Shown in pieces: positions 9,257-21,910 of a stretch of DNA of 64,000 bases (positions within the stretch are counted from its first letter, which is position 1; every line of letters begins with the position of its first letter). The notes beneath the pieces are model-generated. The model did not search any database, was not told where the DNA came from, and saw nothing but the letters and a program-made list of their open reading frames with translations. The translations under genes were made by a program, and so were the position numbers. This stretch comes from Amphiscolops sp. MND2022 (taxonomy: Eukaryota): positions 98,394,001 to 98,458,000 of the forward strand of contig OZ076409.1 in NCBI GenBank assembly GCA_964187785.1, written 5' to 3'.

Positions 9257-9734
9257 CTGCTCCCCTCGGCTACTCTTTACTGCAGTACTGACTTGATGAG
9301 TGAAGATATGCAAGTGCAGTCAATGATGTAGATGCAGCTCCGGGTGCAGCAGTTGCCCTCTAGGTCTCTTCTGTCAACCAACCCCGCCCTCTCCCCGGGG
9401 GACTCACCCCCAAAACCACCCCCACCCCCGTACTCCCCAGAAGTGGACGCCATCACTAAAAAATAGCATCATTGAATCTTCGGATGTGCATGTGAAAAAT
9501 GTCACAGGAAAAAAAACAAAACGATTTTAATCAAAATTATAAGGATATTTTTGCATCGAACTTGAATGAAACATTTGTTTGTTTATTGGCCATTACCAAG
9601 GACAGGAAAAACAGGTTTTAACCAGGGTTGTCATGTTTTGAAAAATGTTTCAAAACATCATCGTAAAAAATTTTCAAAACTGTTTCGAAAAAACAAGGTA
9701 TTGCCATTGAACAAGCCGGGAGAAACGGCATAAG

Positions 9735-10170
9735 TCGGCGCCATGTCTAAGGCTCAAAAATAGCTAAAGGACTTCAAAGTGTCAAGTATTCTCATCTACA
9801 GTACCCGAAAAACCCAAAAGTTGGACCGAATTTGAGGGCTAAAAAGGGGACCCTTCGGGATTTTCAAGCATCCATTGTTGCAAAACATCAAAAAATTGAA
9901 AGGGGACCCGTCAGGGATTTTTTTTCGAATAAAAGTCTCACAATGCCGAATAAATCTGAAAGGGAATACCCTTTAGAATCTCCTGGTACTGTATGTTACG
10001 CGGAAAAACATAAAAACCTTTTCGGTTCAGTTCGCTGAGCCAAATATTTCAATTTGGCACCATAAAATTTCGCAGAACTTTCAAGAACTATTTTGGTCAG
10101 TTCGTGTGGATTGAAAAAAAAGTCACTATAATAGTCGCGTTTCACGTCATGAAGCGCCGACTAAAAACTG
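9735..10170 (+). repeat. Dispersed repeat ending in a stem-loop (AGTCGCGTTTCA...TGAAGCGCCGACT); Helitron/Helentron-like non-autonomous candidate
   Basis: A related, more diverged copy lies at about 13330-13655; 3' hairpin followed by an A-run. Boundaries approximate. Confidence 0.5.
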
Positions 10171-12300
10171 AAAAAGGACCCGAGAAGAATAAAAGAAAGA
10201 ACTTTTCGAAGATAAATGCAGAAATTCAAAAAAAATGGACACCGACAGGTTCCGATGCCTTGTCTTCTGCTTCTCCGTAGACTGAGCATTCTCTTTAAAC
10301 TGAATAACCACTATGCCAAACGTATACGTGATATGGCTAAAATTCATCGAATTCGGTGTAATTTGTTTTTTTTTTCAGTCAATTAATTGGAGTATGTTTA
10401 GAGGAGTAAAAGCCACTGCTGTAGTCTGCACTTTGAAGAAACAACACTTTCTTCGTAATGGCCAAACCACTAAGCTAGGGTTGCAGGACCTGCTTACTGT
10501 TCAAAAATTTGGACTCCAAACAGGTAGTCGAAACTTTTACCATTTTTTCTTATTGAAGCTCAAAACAGCTACTGGGTAATAGGCGTTTCAACTTCTTCAA
10601 AATTTGAAAATTCTACTTTTGGGAAAATTAACGTGCTAATTTTTCATGACACACTAGTAACTACTTCGATTGCTTTAAAAGCGAGTTAAACAATTGAAAT
10701 TGTATAAACTTGCTGTGATCAAATTCTAAAAGTATGTCAAACAATATAGGGTTTCTTCAAAGGCCCTGATACTTGATGAACCAAAAAAAACGGCACGCAT
10801 AAAAATTTTTGAGCTCCTAAAATGTCAAATTGCAAAACAATTTTGAACGCTGAAATTCAGCTTGTCAATCATTCAATTTGACAATATTGCTTTCTCACAT
10901 TCGAGTGTCAAAGAACTTTCGTACATCAAAAGTGCGAACAAAATGACTGGAAAAGATGTCTAGACTTTCTCGGAAGGCTCAAAACGTGCTTAGAGTTGAA
11001 GATGTGATTACGTAATGAAACCTTCATTTTGAATCCTTGACAGAAAAAAGAAAGCATATCAGCGCCTTGTTTACAAATATTACAATTTTGAGCAGTGACA
11101 TTATTGTTCGTTCCGTATTTTTTACCCAATACAGTACTGTGATTAAAAAAACGTCCCCCGGGGCGATTTTAGGATTGATTTTCTGGAAATCTGTTGAAAA
11201 TTTTGAAAAACATCGAAAATAAAAGTTTCGTAAAATTTCATCTAGTTTATACTAATGATTTTTTTCTGGGAAAAAAATTGAGAAAGTTACATGTAGTTGA
11301 TTTTCAGCAAATTTGGGACTTTTTTCCGTTTTTTAAATTTTTGACCGTTTTATCCACAGTTTTTTTGGCAAGTTTTATGCTCAAATAACTCGCACAAATA
11401 TACTCATTATATGGATCTGTTTCGATTTCAAAAATTATCAACCGTTTTCGAAATATCATGCTCGAAAGGTGAAATTTCGTCGATTTTCATGTATTAAGAT
11501 AGGAAAGGAACGTTTCGCGGCGAAAAATTGCGATTATTTTTTCATTTATAATGTTTTGAAACAAAAAAAATATCATTGAATTCTATACAATCTGCAGAAT
11601 TCGATGAATTTAAAATTTTCAGAAAAGTATTTCGAAAAACCTGCCCAAAACTGGGAAAACAGGAGAAGTGTTCTTTCTGCGCCTGAGATTTCACTCGATG
11701 CGCCAATCAAAATTTTAAGTGAGAGCAAATAAACAATTCTAATTGGTATCTTCTTTTACAACACCAAACCCCGGTTTCAGTACGGGCGGTCCTTATAGAA
11801 TTTCTTTTGCTAACAATTCTAATTGGTTGATAACGACGCTCAGCGCATAGGGGACGGACGATTTCTCAGAGTACTGTATAAAAGATGTCACGAATTGATA
11901 TACTCACAGAGGTTGTCGTTCGAGCCGAATGTCAAATCCGGAAGCGACTGATCGTCCGAATTGTCGTCGCCACTGAAACAACAAGCGATGTAACATCTAA
12001 GATCTAAAACGATTTAAAAAATGGACTGAAAAGCATACGGAGAGAATAAAATGAAAAGAACTTGGAACGTTTGATATTGCAGCGGCGTAAAGATTCAGAA
12101 CTGGCATATTTGGCCTACATACCGGAAACTGGCATTCTTCTTCAGCTTGCCAGAACTTCTGGAAAGGAATGAGATTTTGGCATCAGTCTCGATCATGATT
12201 TACCGATTGCGCAATTAATGAAAGGAAGCTTTTGAATGATGAATTAATAAATGGTGAATACCAAAAAAGTTGAGCATCAACTTCGACACATAATTGAGGC

Positions 12301-12635
12301 CAGGGTTTTGACATCGCTATTTTTTTCCGCTAATCGCTAAACCGCTAATTTTAAAATCACTATTTCGCTAAAAGTTTTTTCTGAATCCTATTAAACGTTT
12401 AACTTCAAGTATGTTTTAAAATGACTTAACTTAATTCAGTTTTTCCAAGAAAAAAGACTAGAATTTTTCATACTGTGTGGATTTTACAACCGTAGGAGTT
12501 GAAATTTTTCAAAATTCATTTTGAAACTCCGTGTATACTCGAAGACATCCCGAATTTGGACAATCTGTTAGTTGCCGCAAATTTGAATCGCTAAAAAATC
12601 GCTGAAAAATTCTAAATAGCGGTGTCCAAACTCTA
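12301..12635. mobile_element. hAT-type MITE (335 bp)
   Basis: TIRs CAGGGTTTTGACATCGCTATTT / AAATAGCGGTGTCCAAACTCTA; 8-bp TSD ATTGAGGC / ATCGAGGC. Confidence 0.8.
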
Positions 12636-13329
12636 ATCGAGGCTATCATTCGACATAAACTGATTCACCAATCATGGGCGTCTAAATTTTGTGACCAACT
12701 TGAACTTACTTAACTTCAAGATACGAAAATGAGAGCTTATGCAGCTCCAAGTCATTTCTATCGCGGCTAGAATTGACTCCAGCCATTTCAAGGCTAAAAG
12801 AAGAAGAACCTGTTTACCAAACACTAAATGACACTCTAACGATGAGAATTACGACGTAGAAAATTGTGCCTTGACAATATCCGTAATAAACATCTTAGTC
12901 CTGAATCCCGGGGATGATTATTCCCTGGGGATGAAAAAACTGGCATATCCATTGATTGTTCAGATTCAAATCTTGGTTTCTAGACTAGTGTTGGCTGCTC
13001 ACTGATACCAGAAAATTATTTCCAGCAGTGATACTAGTCACCAAAAGTGGGTAACTAGTATCAGGTATTTAGTGACTACTCATAGCGTCGAAAAATGAAA
13101 AGTCCTTCTTCCTGATCAATTTGTTGGGCAAAAAATTTCTCCAATGCATCAATTGAGAAAAGGTTAAATAGGTTGTTCACAGTAACATGCATAGTAACAG
13201 TGCAAAATCATGTATTTCTGAGAAATCAATTTCGTTATGAGAATCCAAAGCGTAAAGTTTTAAAACATGCCCAGGACGTATTTATGAAAAGCTCAGAAAA
13301 CAGTTTCGAGACACAAAGGGTGCCTTTCA

Positions 13330-13655
13330 TGCTCGATAAGACTCAGAAACCACTTTTTCACCAACTGGGAACAAAAAAAACCTTTTGATAAAAAAACGTC
13401 GATTTTGTTCTTTCGGAAAATGTCGCATAGTGCCGAAAAAGGCAAAAGGGGGACCCTTTGGGATTCATAAACATACATTCTGTTGCAAAATATCAAAAAC
13501 TCGAAGGGGGAATGTTCCAAAAAAATTTATAATGAAAGTAGTTTTAGTAGTTTCTGTAAAAAGTGGACCGATGAGTGTGATGTCTGTGGTCTGAAGAAAA
13601 AAGTCACTGTAAGAGTCGGGCATTTTTTCTTCAAAGGAAAAAGCGCTGACTAAAA
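13330..13655 (+). repeat. Second copy of the 9735-10170 dispersed repeat family
   Basis: Shares AAAAGGGGGACCCTTTGGGATT and AAAAAAGTCACT..AGTCG..GCGCTGACTAAAAA. Confidence 0.5.
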
Positions 13656-13715
13656 ACGGTGTGCAACGAGATCAGTTCGTTATAAAAGGAAATTCATTGT
13701 AAGCGGGCTCACCTG

Positions 13716-14032
13716 GGATCTCTTTCACTATGCCCCCCCCCCTATATCACTCGTTACACTATGTCCCCCCTAGAGAAAATAAATGTTTGTGGCTCATTTA
13801 TATTTATCTCCTATTGGCTAATCTCCCTGGCTATTCTGTCAATCAATTGATGTCGTCATAACTAACGACACTTTTTATTGGTTCTTATTATCAAAATCCC
13901 CACTCAGCCAATCAGAAGCGTTGTTAGATAAGAGCAGATCTGCGCTATTAGAATGTGCAATACATGTATTTAATAGCGCTTCACTATATCCCCCCTTTTT
14001 GCTGTAGGGGGGGGATATAGTGAAAGAGATCC
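13716..14032. mobile_element. MITE (317 bp) with 8-bp TSD
   Basis: TIR GGATCTCTTTCACTAT(G/A)(C/T)CCCCCC; perfect TSD CTCACCTG at 13708-13715 and 14033-14040. Confidence 0.85.
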
Positions 14033-14916
14033 CTCACCTGTATTTCAACCAACCAGAGAGGTGTTTAATGATTTGATGAAAAGTTTGCAAAATGTCCGCC
14101 ATGGGAAGTAACCCAGGTATTTAACAGTGACGATTACGCAGATGTGCTCAGTGTTGCACTGTCTATTACACCTGAGACTTATAATATATGAGTGAAAAAA
14201 TTGCATAACTTTCAGGGGAAAAAATTCTGAACAAAAGTTATGGATATCTCAACTACACGCTGCACAAAGATTAAAGACTTATTTTTCGCATTTTCCCAAG
14301 AAATATCTTCATTACTTTGCGGTTTAGAACTAGGGAAAATGCTCCACTTTCAAAGAAAAATGAAGACGACTGATAAACTGTCAAATCAGAAATATCAGTA
14401 CGAACCTGTCCGCTTTCAAATACACCGTTTGTTTAGCACTTTTCCCGGGAAGACTCGAAGACCGAAAGCTCATCCAATTCTCAGTTCTTTGATTTGTCGG
14501 GGGAAACAACGCAAGTAGTATTTCCACATAAGAAATCTGAAACTGAACACGGAAAATTTAAGGAGTGAGAATGAGAACACATTTTGTGGTTGTTTCAATG
14601 AGGAAACTCATAATCTGTTGCAATAACTCAATTTCAACAGACATTCAACAGCCCATAATTGCTGCGATTGAAGACAAATTTTTGTTGGCGCTTTTATATA
14701 TTTATTGGAACTCAAATGTCCATGTTCGAATTCTTTAGGAAAGAATTACAGGGCCTACAGCATTGGTATAATAGAGAAATTTTCGCTTTTTTCGAACCCA
14801 GATAAAAACAAGTCACAATTCGATCCTACATAATTCGACTCTGTACAGAAAGGGAGAATCATTGACGATTACAAGTAGAAACAGCTTTAGTTGTCAATGT
14901 TAAACTGTCACAATAT

Positions 14917-14960
14917 GTTTACAAACGTTTTCGACTATGAAAAGTCATCATCAGGCATAA
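14917..14960 (-). ncRNA. Second copy of the hammerhead-like motif (inverted pseudo-LTR)
   Basis: Reverse complement of 15488-15530. Confidence 0.6.
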
Positions 14961-15487
14961 TAATCTGAAAATATAAACAACATGAAAGCACCAAACTAAA
15001 TGGAGATTTATAAATTTGATAGAACGTAAAAAATGCAATGCGTAGACGCTATAAACCAATTGAACTGCTAGAACTTCAACGTCAACTGCCTTCTGCGATA
15101 CTCGTCGCGCTGGTTGAGGGCTGGACGGAACTTCTGAATATATAGCGCTTCAAGAGTCAATAATTTGGAGTCGGAACGGGCAAAATCAAGAATCTGAGGT
15201 TCAGGAAAAGCGGTATTTGGAGAACATTGTGATAAATGTTGGGTTACTGGTGGAGACGATCTCTGATGCTCGTACATTCTTGTCGATAGATGACGGACAG
15301 TTTGTCCGACATAGCTGGCATTACAGCCAGGGTATCGCAGAAGGCAGTATCGCAGAAGGCAGTTGACGTTGAAGTTCTAGCAGTTCAATTGGTTTATAGC
15401 GTCTACGCATTGCATTTTTTACGTTCTATCAAATTTATAAATCTCCATTTAGTTTGGTGCTTTCATGTTGTTTATATTTTCAGATTA

Positions 15488-15530
15488 TTATGCCTGATGA
15501 TGACTTTTCATAGTCGAAAACGTTTGTAAA
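15488..15530 (+). ncRNA. Minimal hammerhead ribozyme-like motif in the Penelope pseudo-LTR
   Basis: CTGATGA-T-GAC(TTTTCATA)GTC-GAAA-ACGTT: catalytic core, stem II and a palindromic stem III (AACGTT). Confidence 0.6.
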
Positions 15531-15765
15531 CATATTGTGACAGTTTAACATTGACAACTAAAGCTGTTTCTATCTGTACAGAAATCCCGAATGCTGTTGT
15601 GGTGGTAGTAGGGTGATGAATAATTGATACTCAACTCCGCTTATAACGATTGCCCGGGACCGCGTTTATTAATCGTTGTATCCGAAAATCGTTTTATACT
15701 AGCACCGTGGCCGGGACCGTGAAACTATCGCTGTTACGAACATAATTCGGGGGACAGGAATAACG

Positions 15766-15935
15766 TCTAAAAGTCCACCGGGAATAACGTCTAAAGGAAT
15801 AACATCTAAATCTGAAATGAACAGGAATAACGTCTAAAAAAACGGGAATAACATCTAAAAAGTGGAATAACGTCTAAAAAGAGGAATAACGTCTAAAAAG
15901 CGGAATAACGCCTAAAAAGCGGAATAACGTCTTAA
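15766..15935 (+). repeat. Short tandem array of GGAATAACGTCTAAAA-based units
   Basis: About 9 copies. The same motif occurs as an inverted pair at 8513-8527 / 9242-9256, suggesting MITE subterminal repeats. Confidence 0.75.
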
Positions 15936-16053
15936 ATGTCAAAGACAAAAGAACAACAGAAATTTTATGAACTAGGAAACCCCTATGTCCGAAGGACAGC
16001 AAAATTGCTCTTCTGAAGTAAAACCTTATGTTTTGCGGTAAACTGTTACAAAA

Positions 16054-17600
16054 AGATCCTTAGATGATATTTGATATCGAAGATATTCCGAAGGTCCTTG
16101 AATGATCTTTGATCTCAAAGATCTTCCGAAGACCCTTGAATGCCCTTCGATATCGAAGAAATTCCGAAGACCCTTGAATAATCTTTGATCTCGACGATCT
16201 TGCAAAGATCCTTGAATGGGCTTTCATCTCGAAGATCTTCCGAAGGTCCTTGGACGACCTTTGAACTCGAAGCTCTTCCGAAGATCCTCGAATGATCTTT
16301 GTTGGCAATGATCTTTCGAGAATCTCTGAAAGGCCTTCGATCTCGAAGAACTTCCGAACATCCTCGAGTGACCTTTATCTCGAAGATGTTCCGTCGGAAC
16401 AGTTCCGAAGACCATAGGAGGATCATCCATCTCGAAGATATTACGAAGATCCTCGATTGATCTTTAATCTCGAAGATCCTTGAAAATATTTGATCTCGAA
16501 GATCTTGGGAAGGTCCTTGGAAGATCTTCAATCTGTATTATCTAAAACTCCTCGGATTTTGTTTGATCTCGAAGATCTTCCGAAAATCTTTGAAAGATCT
16601 TTGACTTCAAAAATCTTCCGAATATCTTTGTCCTTGAAAGACCTTTGATATCGGAGATCTTCCGCAGATCCGTGACTGATCTGTGATATGGAAGATCTTC
16701 CGAAGATTCTTGAATGATCTTTGATCTCGAAGATCTTCCGAAGGTTCTTGATTGATATTTGATCTCGAAGATTTACCGAATATCTTTGAAACATCTAAGA
16801 CACGGAAGATCTTCCGATGGTCCTTGATTGATCTTTAAATCCTTGAAAAATATTTGATCTCGAACATCTTGTGAAGGTCCATGAATGATCTTCGATCTTG
16901 ATTTTATAAAGCTCCTCGAATGTTGTTTGATCTCGAAAATCTTCCAAAAATCTTTGGAAGATCTTTGACTTCAAAAGCTTCCGAAGATCTTCAAATATTC
17001 TTTGATATCAAAGATCTTCCGAAGATTCTTGAGTGATCTTTGATCTCGAAGTTCTTCCGAAGGTCTTTATTCTTATTTGATCTCGATTATCTAGAAATCC
17101 TCGAACTATTTTTGATCTCGAAGAGTTTTCGAAAATCTTTGAACTATCTTCTACCTCAAAAAACTTCCCAAGATCCTTGAATGATCTTCAATCATGAAGA
17201 ACGTCGGGAGTTCCTTGAATGACCATCGATCTCGAAGATCTTCAGAAGATCCTTGAAAGTTTTTTGATATCAAAGATCTTCAGAAGGTCATTGAATGGTC
17301 TTCGATCTCGATTATCAAAAAATCCTCGAAAGATACTTGATCTCGAAGAGTTTTCCAAAAATTTTAAATTATCTTTGACTTAAAATTTCTTCCCAAGATC
17401 CATGAATGATCTTCGATAAATGAAGAACGTCGGGAGTTCCTTGAATGAACTTTGATCGCGAAGATCTTTCGATCATCTTTGAATGGAATTTGATCTCGAA
17501 GATCTTTCGCAGGATCTTGAATGGACTTCGATATCGACGATCTTCCGAAGGTCCTTGAATGATCTTTGATCTCGAAAGTCTCCCGAAGGTCCTTTATCGA
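16054..17600. repeat. Degenerate 38-bp minisatellite rich in GATC/TCGA
   Basis: Unit about GATCTTTGATCTCGAAGATCTTCCGAAGGTCCTTGAAT, roughly 40 diverged copies. Confidence 0.9.
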
Positions 17601-17866
17601 CGATTTCACTGGTATTTCTTTAGATTCGATGCAAGCAGCCATGTCAATCAATTGGCTTTCAGTCATTCGATGTTTTTTCTCAAAGTCAGTTTTCAAAAAG
17701 ATCGAATTTGATTGACATGCCATTTTTCAAAAACATCTTTCAGTTGGCATACAAATTGTTACGTAATATGCTGTGATAATGTTGATCGGCTCTCGGCTAT
17801 TACGTAACAAAGCTGCCGAGACAAAGAAAAGTATCTCCATTATATATAGGATTCAATGAAAATCAA

Positions 17867-18277
17867 TTAGTTGAAAGTAGCAACTTTCAACTCAATTGCC
17901 GTGTTGCATTTCAAACATATTGGTTCTTCAATGCAAAATGTGCACAACATATGTCCACAAGGGATCGCACAAAATGCAAATTTTTCAATTTCACACATGC
18001 AACAGGAATTAAAATCTGTCAGATCATCTTCAGTACATTCCAATTGAGTATCGAAATACTCAATGGTTGCATCGCACTCATTTTCATTTTCATCTTCTGG
18101 TTCATCAAACTCGACTTCTTTAAAAATAATCATTTAGGAAAAAGATCTTTCTGTTGAATGGCTGACGACTCTAAGAAAATTGGTAGCACTGTACCGGCCA
18201 GCCGAAAGCTTGCCTTCAGCTTCGGAAAGGAAGCGGTCACTGGCTTTTGATTCTTTCCGCTTGACTTTTCGTGTCAG
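17867..18277 (-). pseudogene. MULE transposase C-terminal piece ending in a RING-HC finger
   Basis: TRKVKRKESKASDRFLSEAEGKLSAGRYSATNFLRVVSH continues the MULE frame across the LINE TSD. After a frameshift comes CCMC...AIPCGHMLCTFC...CLKC (C3HC4 RING). Confidence 0.7.
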
Positions 18278-20567
18278 AATAGAATAGAATAGATGTTTCA
18301 CAATCTAAGGCTGAAGCCTTCGGTGATTGGCTCATTGCTGCTTGGGTTCCCCTTCCATCGTCATTTCATATTCCAAATTTCTCCAGGTGTTGTCCAATTT
18401 CGCTTTAAAAACGTCAAGGGTTCCTGCCGACGTGACATCTGGCAGGCTATTCAAGTCATTGGCTGCTCTTACAGGGAAAAAATTTTCTCTTGCTGATGTT
18501 CTCGATGGCTGCACCACAAGTTTTCTTTGATTTCCTCTTGTGATTCTGTCATTTTCCATCAGCATCCCTCCAGTGACACTCTTATCATACACTCCATTGA
18601 GTATCTTGTAAACTTCAATCATCCTACCCCGTTTCCTCCTGAAGTCCAGGGTGGGTAGGTCTAGTTTCATTGATCTTTGTTCATAAGGGAGAGATGCGAG
18701 AGAAGGGATGAGTCTTGTCGCTCGTCTCTTGGCATTTTCGAGGTTACTTCTGTGTTTTGGAAATGTGGCTGCCTTGCTTGGTTACAATATTCCAAGTGGG
18801 GTCTGACAAGCGTCTTAATTAGTACACTCAGTGACTGGCAGTTCAATTTCATGAAACATTTTTTGATGAAAGCAAGCATTGAATTCGCCTTCTTTGTTTT
18901 TTCAGCAATGGGTGGGCGGAAATAGGTCGAAGGAACGGGATCGGAAATCAGAGTTAGTCCTCAGGTCGACATACCAAATTTTTGAATGGGATCGAAACAA
19001 CTCGGATCGAAATTTTTATAATGTAGTCAGATATGTTCACATACCCCTAGTGCCCTGAATGCAGGAGCGAAGCGAAGCGGAGCGACGTGCCATATGGCCA
19101 TGTCTCAATGTTGCTACTCGGCGAAGGGAGCGAAGCGACCGAGCCATACAACAAATACGATAAAACTCGACCGCATTCCTTTCGATCCCTGCAATTCGAT
19201 CATAAGGTTCGACCTCTGTCCTTTCGACTAGAAAAATTTGACCTATTAACAGCCACCCTTCAGCAATATGCAAGTCAAAATTTAGTTTGCGATCAGTTAG
19301 TACACCCAAGTCTTTTTCACATCTAACATTTTCCAACATCTTTGTTGTGTTCATAAGGTAATGTCTATCAGTGGAGTCTTTCTTTGTTGTGAGGGTCATT
19401 TTCACGCATTTTTTCTCATTGAATTGAAGTAATCTGCTACTCGACCAGCTTCCCAGCTTTCGAAGGTCATCTTGGAGTATTTTCTGATCTGCGTCTGAGT
19501 GTATTTTCCTCTAGAGCTTCGCGTCATCGGCAAACAGGTAAAGTTCTGACTCCACAGCTTCCGGCATAGAATTTATGTAGATCGTGAACAACACTGGACC
19601 TAATACTGATCCTTGAGGTATCCCGCTTGTAACATTCTGCTAGGCTGAGAATGTGCCATTGACTGCTACCCTCCGTTGTCTCCCGGAGAGGAACGCTTTT
19701 ATCCAGTTCAGAGTTTTTCCATTAGCCCCATTTGGTTTGAGAATAGCTATGAGTCTTCTGTGTGGGACGCTGTCAAACGCTTTCCGGAAATTGAGGTACA
19801 CTACATCTACTTCAACCTTATTGTCCAATGCCAAAGTCCACTGATCAAATATTTTCAGAAGTTGGAGAAGCGTTGATCTTTTTGACAAGAAGCATAATTG
19901 TTTATCACTCAAGATGTCATTATCTGTAAGAAATGTCATTATTCTCTTTCTGATAATTCTTTCCATTATTTTGCAGGGGATTGTTGTCAGGCTCACTGGA
20001 CGATAGTTGGTTGCCTCTGATTTATTCCCTGATTTGAAAATCGGCACTATGTTAGCCCGCAACCAGTCATCGGGTAGTATTGCAGAATTCCAGGATTCCG
20101 TCATGATTTGAGATAGGAGCGGTGCTGTTTCAGACCCTATTTCTTTCATTATCCTTGGGGAGATGTTGTCCACTCCAGCTGATTTTGCTGTATTAAGGGC
20201 ATTAATTTCTTCAAGCACCCCTTTTTCAGTGAAAGTTATGTTATCTTCCATACATTTGTGCGTGGTGTTTATTTGCTGGAGTCCGGGTCCTTCATTCACA
20301 AAAACGGATTTGAAAAACAACGAGAGTTCTTCTGCTTTCTCCAAATCCGTTTGTGTGAAGCTTCCATCTTCTCGTCTGATTGCTGGAATCGTCTCTCTTC
20401 GTTTTGTTTTTTGGCTAACATAACTCCAAAATTGTTCGGGATTGGACTTTAGGTTATTTGTTATTTCCTGTTCCATTTCTTGGGCAAGATTTCTGGTTTC
20501 TTTCCTCAACAAATTCCTGCTTGCTTTGTTGTTTTTGTGATCGTCGGGGGATTTGCTATCAACAAAA
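18278..20567 (-). mobile_element. 5'-truncated CR1/L2-type LINE (decayed RT)
   Basis: RT motifs YRPVSLTTIPCKIMER and YLNFRKAFDSVPH; (TATTC)n 3' tail at 18278-18292; 10-bp TSD TTCGTGTCAG (18268-18277, 20568-20577). Confidence 0.9.
18910..19258. mobile_element. 349-bp MULE-type MITE
   Basis: GGGTGG...CCACCC TIRs; perfect 9-bp TSD TTCAGCAAT; further copies at 45318-45666 and 48304-48652. Confidence 0.9.
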
Positions 20568-20577
20568 TTCGTGTCAG

Positions 20578-21588
20578 CCGTCCTTCATTCAGTTGGTTCG
20601 CCTCCAATTTATACGAACGAGCGACTGATTTCAGTCTCCTTGAAAAACCAGAATTTTGATGTGTTACGACGAATTCTTTTAGCGAAAGCACAATGAAACC
20701 CTTCAACTTCTGAATTTGTTCTTCTTGTTTGGCCAAAAACCGATAACATTTCAGGAGTGATTGTATTAATCCAATAGTTCTCTACATGGTTACCAGTCAC
20801 TTGGCCTAATACCATTTGGCTTAATTTTTTTGTCGAGTCATTTGGCTCAAAAATGTTAAGCCAAGTGACCACAGAATTAAGCCAAAACCATTCCGACTCA
20901 GGGAATAAATAAGTCAACTCCCGAAGATATCAATGTGGGGTATAAGCGGTGTATGCACGCTCGCCCTCACCGTCGCAAAGACCAGCTCCCACTGCGATCG
21001 CTTCGCGATCTGCGTTCCCGCTAGGTCTTTGCTCCTGTTCGACCTCGCATAGCAAGATGGGAATATAAGCGGCCCCAAGGGGCCGCGGAGCACTAGAGGA
21101 AATGGGGACATTTCCGAGATGTGCTTGATATGACATGTTATAATAGTACGCTGACTACAATATATTAATAAATTCGACAAAATCTGCCACGTATTTTCAA
21201 CTAAGTGATTTTAAGCCATTACCCGAGACACTTGGCTTGAAAAATTAGGCCAATTGACCACTTGTATTAATTCAAGTGACTTTAAGCCAAATGGCATTAA
21301 GCCAAGTGACCATTTGTTCTTTACATACCAGAAGAACTCATCGAACTTCTGGCAATTTTTATGTGTCTTAGAGAAGTCTTTGGCGCTAGGTCTTTGAACG
21401 TTGTTGGAATCAAGCAGGCTGGACGCATAGGAAGTGTAATTATCAATTTTAGCCAAAATAGGACTAGTTTATCTTTGCAAGCTGACAGCCCTAGCTGCTG
21501 CCACTTTTTCCAAATGATTTGTCGATAAAGGAAATAACATCCCTTAACGATAGAATCGAAGCTGTGCTTCAAGGAACCCAAAAGGGCT
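20578..21588 (-). pseudogene. MULE transposase central pieces (split by the MITE at 20788-21318)
   Basis: ALLGSLKHSFDSIVKGCYF.YRQIIWKKWQQLGL; FFWYVENYWINT (rejoined across the MITE); RRTNSEVEGFH (catalytic E). Confidence 0.85.
20788..21318 (-). mobile_element. 531-bp MITE with GGT-TIRs and GC-rich core
   Basis: TIR GGTTACCAGTCACTTGGC / GCCAAGTGACCATTT; 8-bp TSD CTCTACAT / CTTTACAT. Confidence 0.85.
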
Positions 21589-21872
21589 TGTTGAAGACTG
21601 AAAATTTCGTTCAATAAACAAATCAAGGATGACTCAAGCATGACAAGCAATTCATGCTAAAAACATATACGCGTAACTATTTGTTTGATTTCATTTTCTG
21701 TTCATGCCGCTATTCATTCTTTCAGTGTTTTCACTAACTCTCTTTCAATCAATTCATTAACATTATTGTTTAACCAAATCTGTTGATTGAAAACAGCAAT
21801 TTGAAACAATCTTTTGCTCTCCCACAAAAGCTAAAATCAAACTTTCAATAAAACAAACCAATCAGAGTAACA
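21589..21872 (+). repeat. BEL 5' LTR
   Basis: TGTTGAAGACTG...AGAGTAACA; about 90% identical by eye to 32152-32435. Confidence 0.9.
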
Positions 21873-21873
21873 T

Positions 21874-21892
21874 TGGTGCCTGTTGACCCGGG
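21874..21892 (+). promoter_or_regulatory. Primer-binding site, tRNA-His-like
   Basis: TGGTGCCTGTTGACCCGGG directly after the LTR, resembling TGGTGCCGTGAC(C/T)CGG. Confidence 0.6.
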
Positions 21893-21910
21893 AAAAATCA
21901 GCGAAGCATC

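Larger units (their letters stand above)
14852..15572 (-). mobile_element. 5'-truncated Penelope-like element with inverted pseudo-LTRs and the GIY-YIG C-terminus
   Basis: ORF 15068-15277 has LEALYIQKFRPALNQRDE (PLE GIY-YIG end). About 230-bp inverted repeats at 14877-15108 / 15343-15572. Flanking 12-bp direct repeat TCTGTACAGAAA (14840-14851, 15573-15584). Confidence 0.85.

Noticed and set aside
11860-12900. Possible host exons around the hAT MITE
   Set aside because: No sustained ORF or recognisable domain.
16060-17723. Minus-strand ORFs (KDLRKIFEIKDHSRIF...)
   Set aside because: They are stop-poor translations of the 38-bp satellite.
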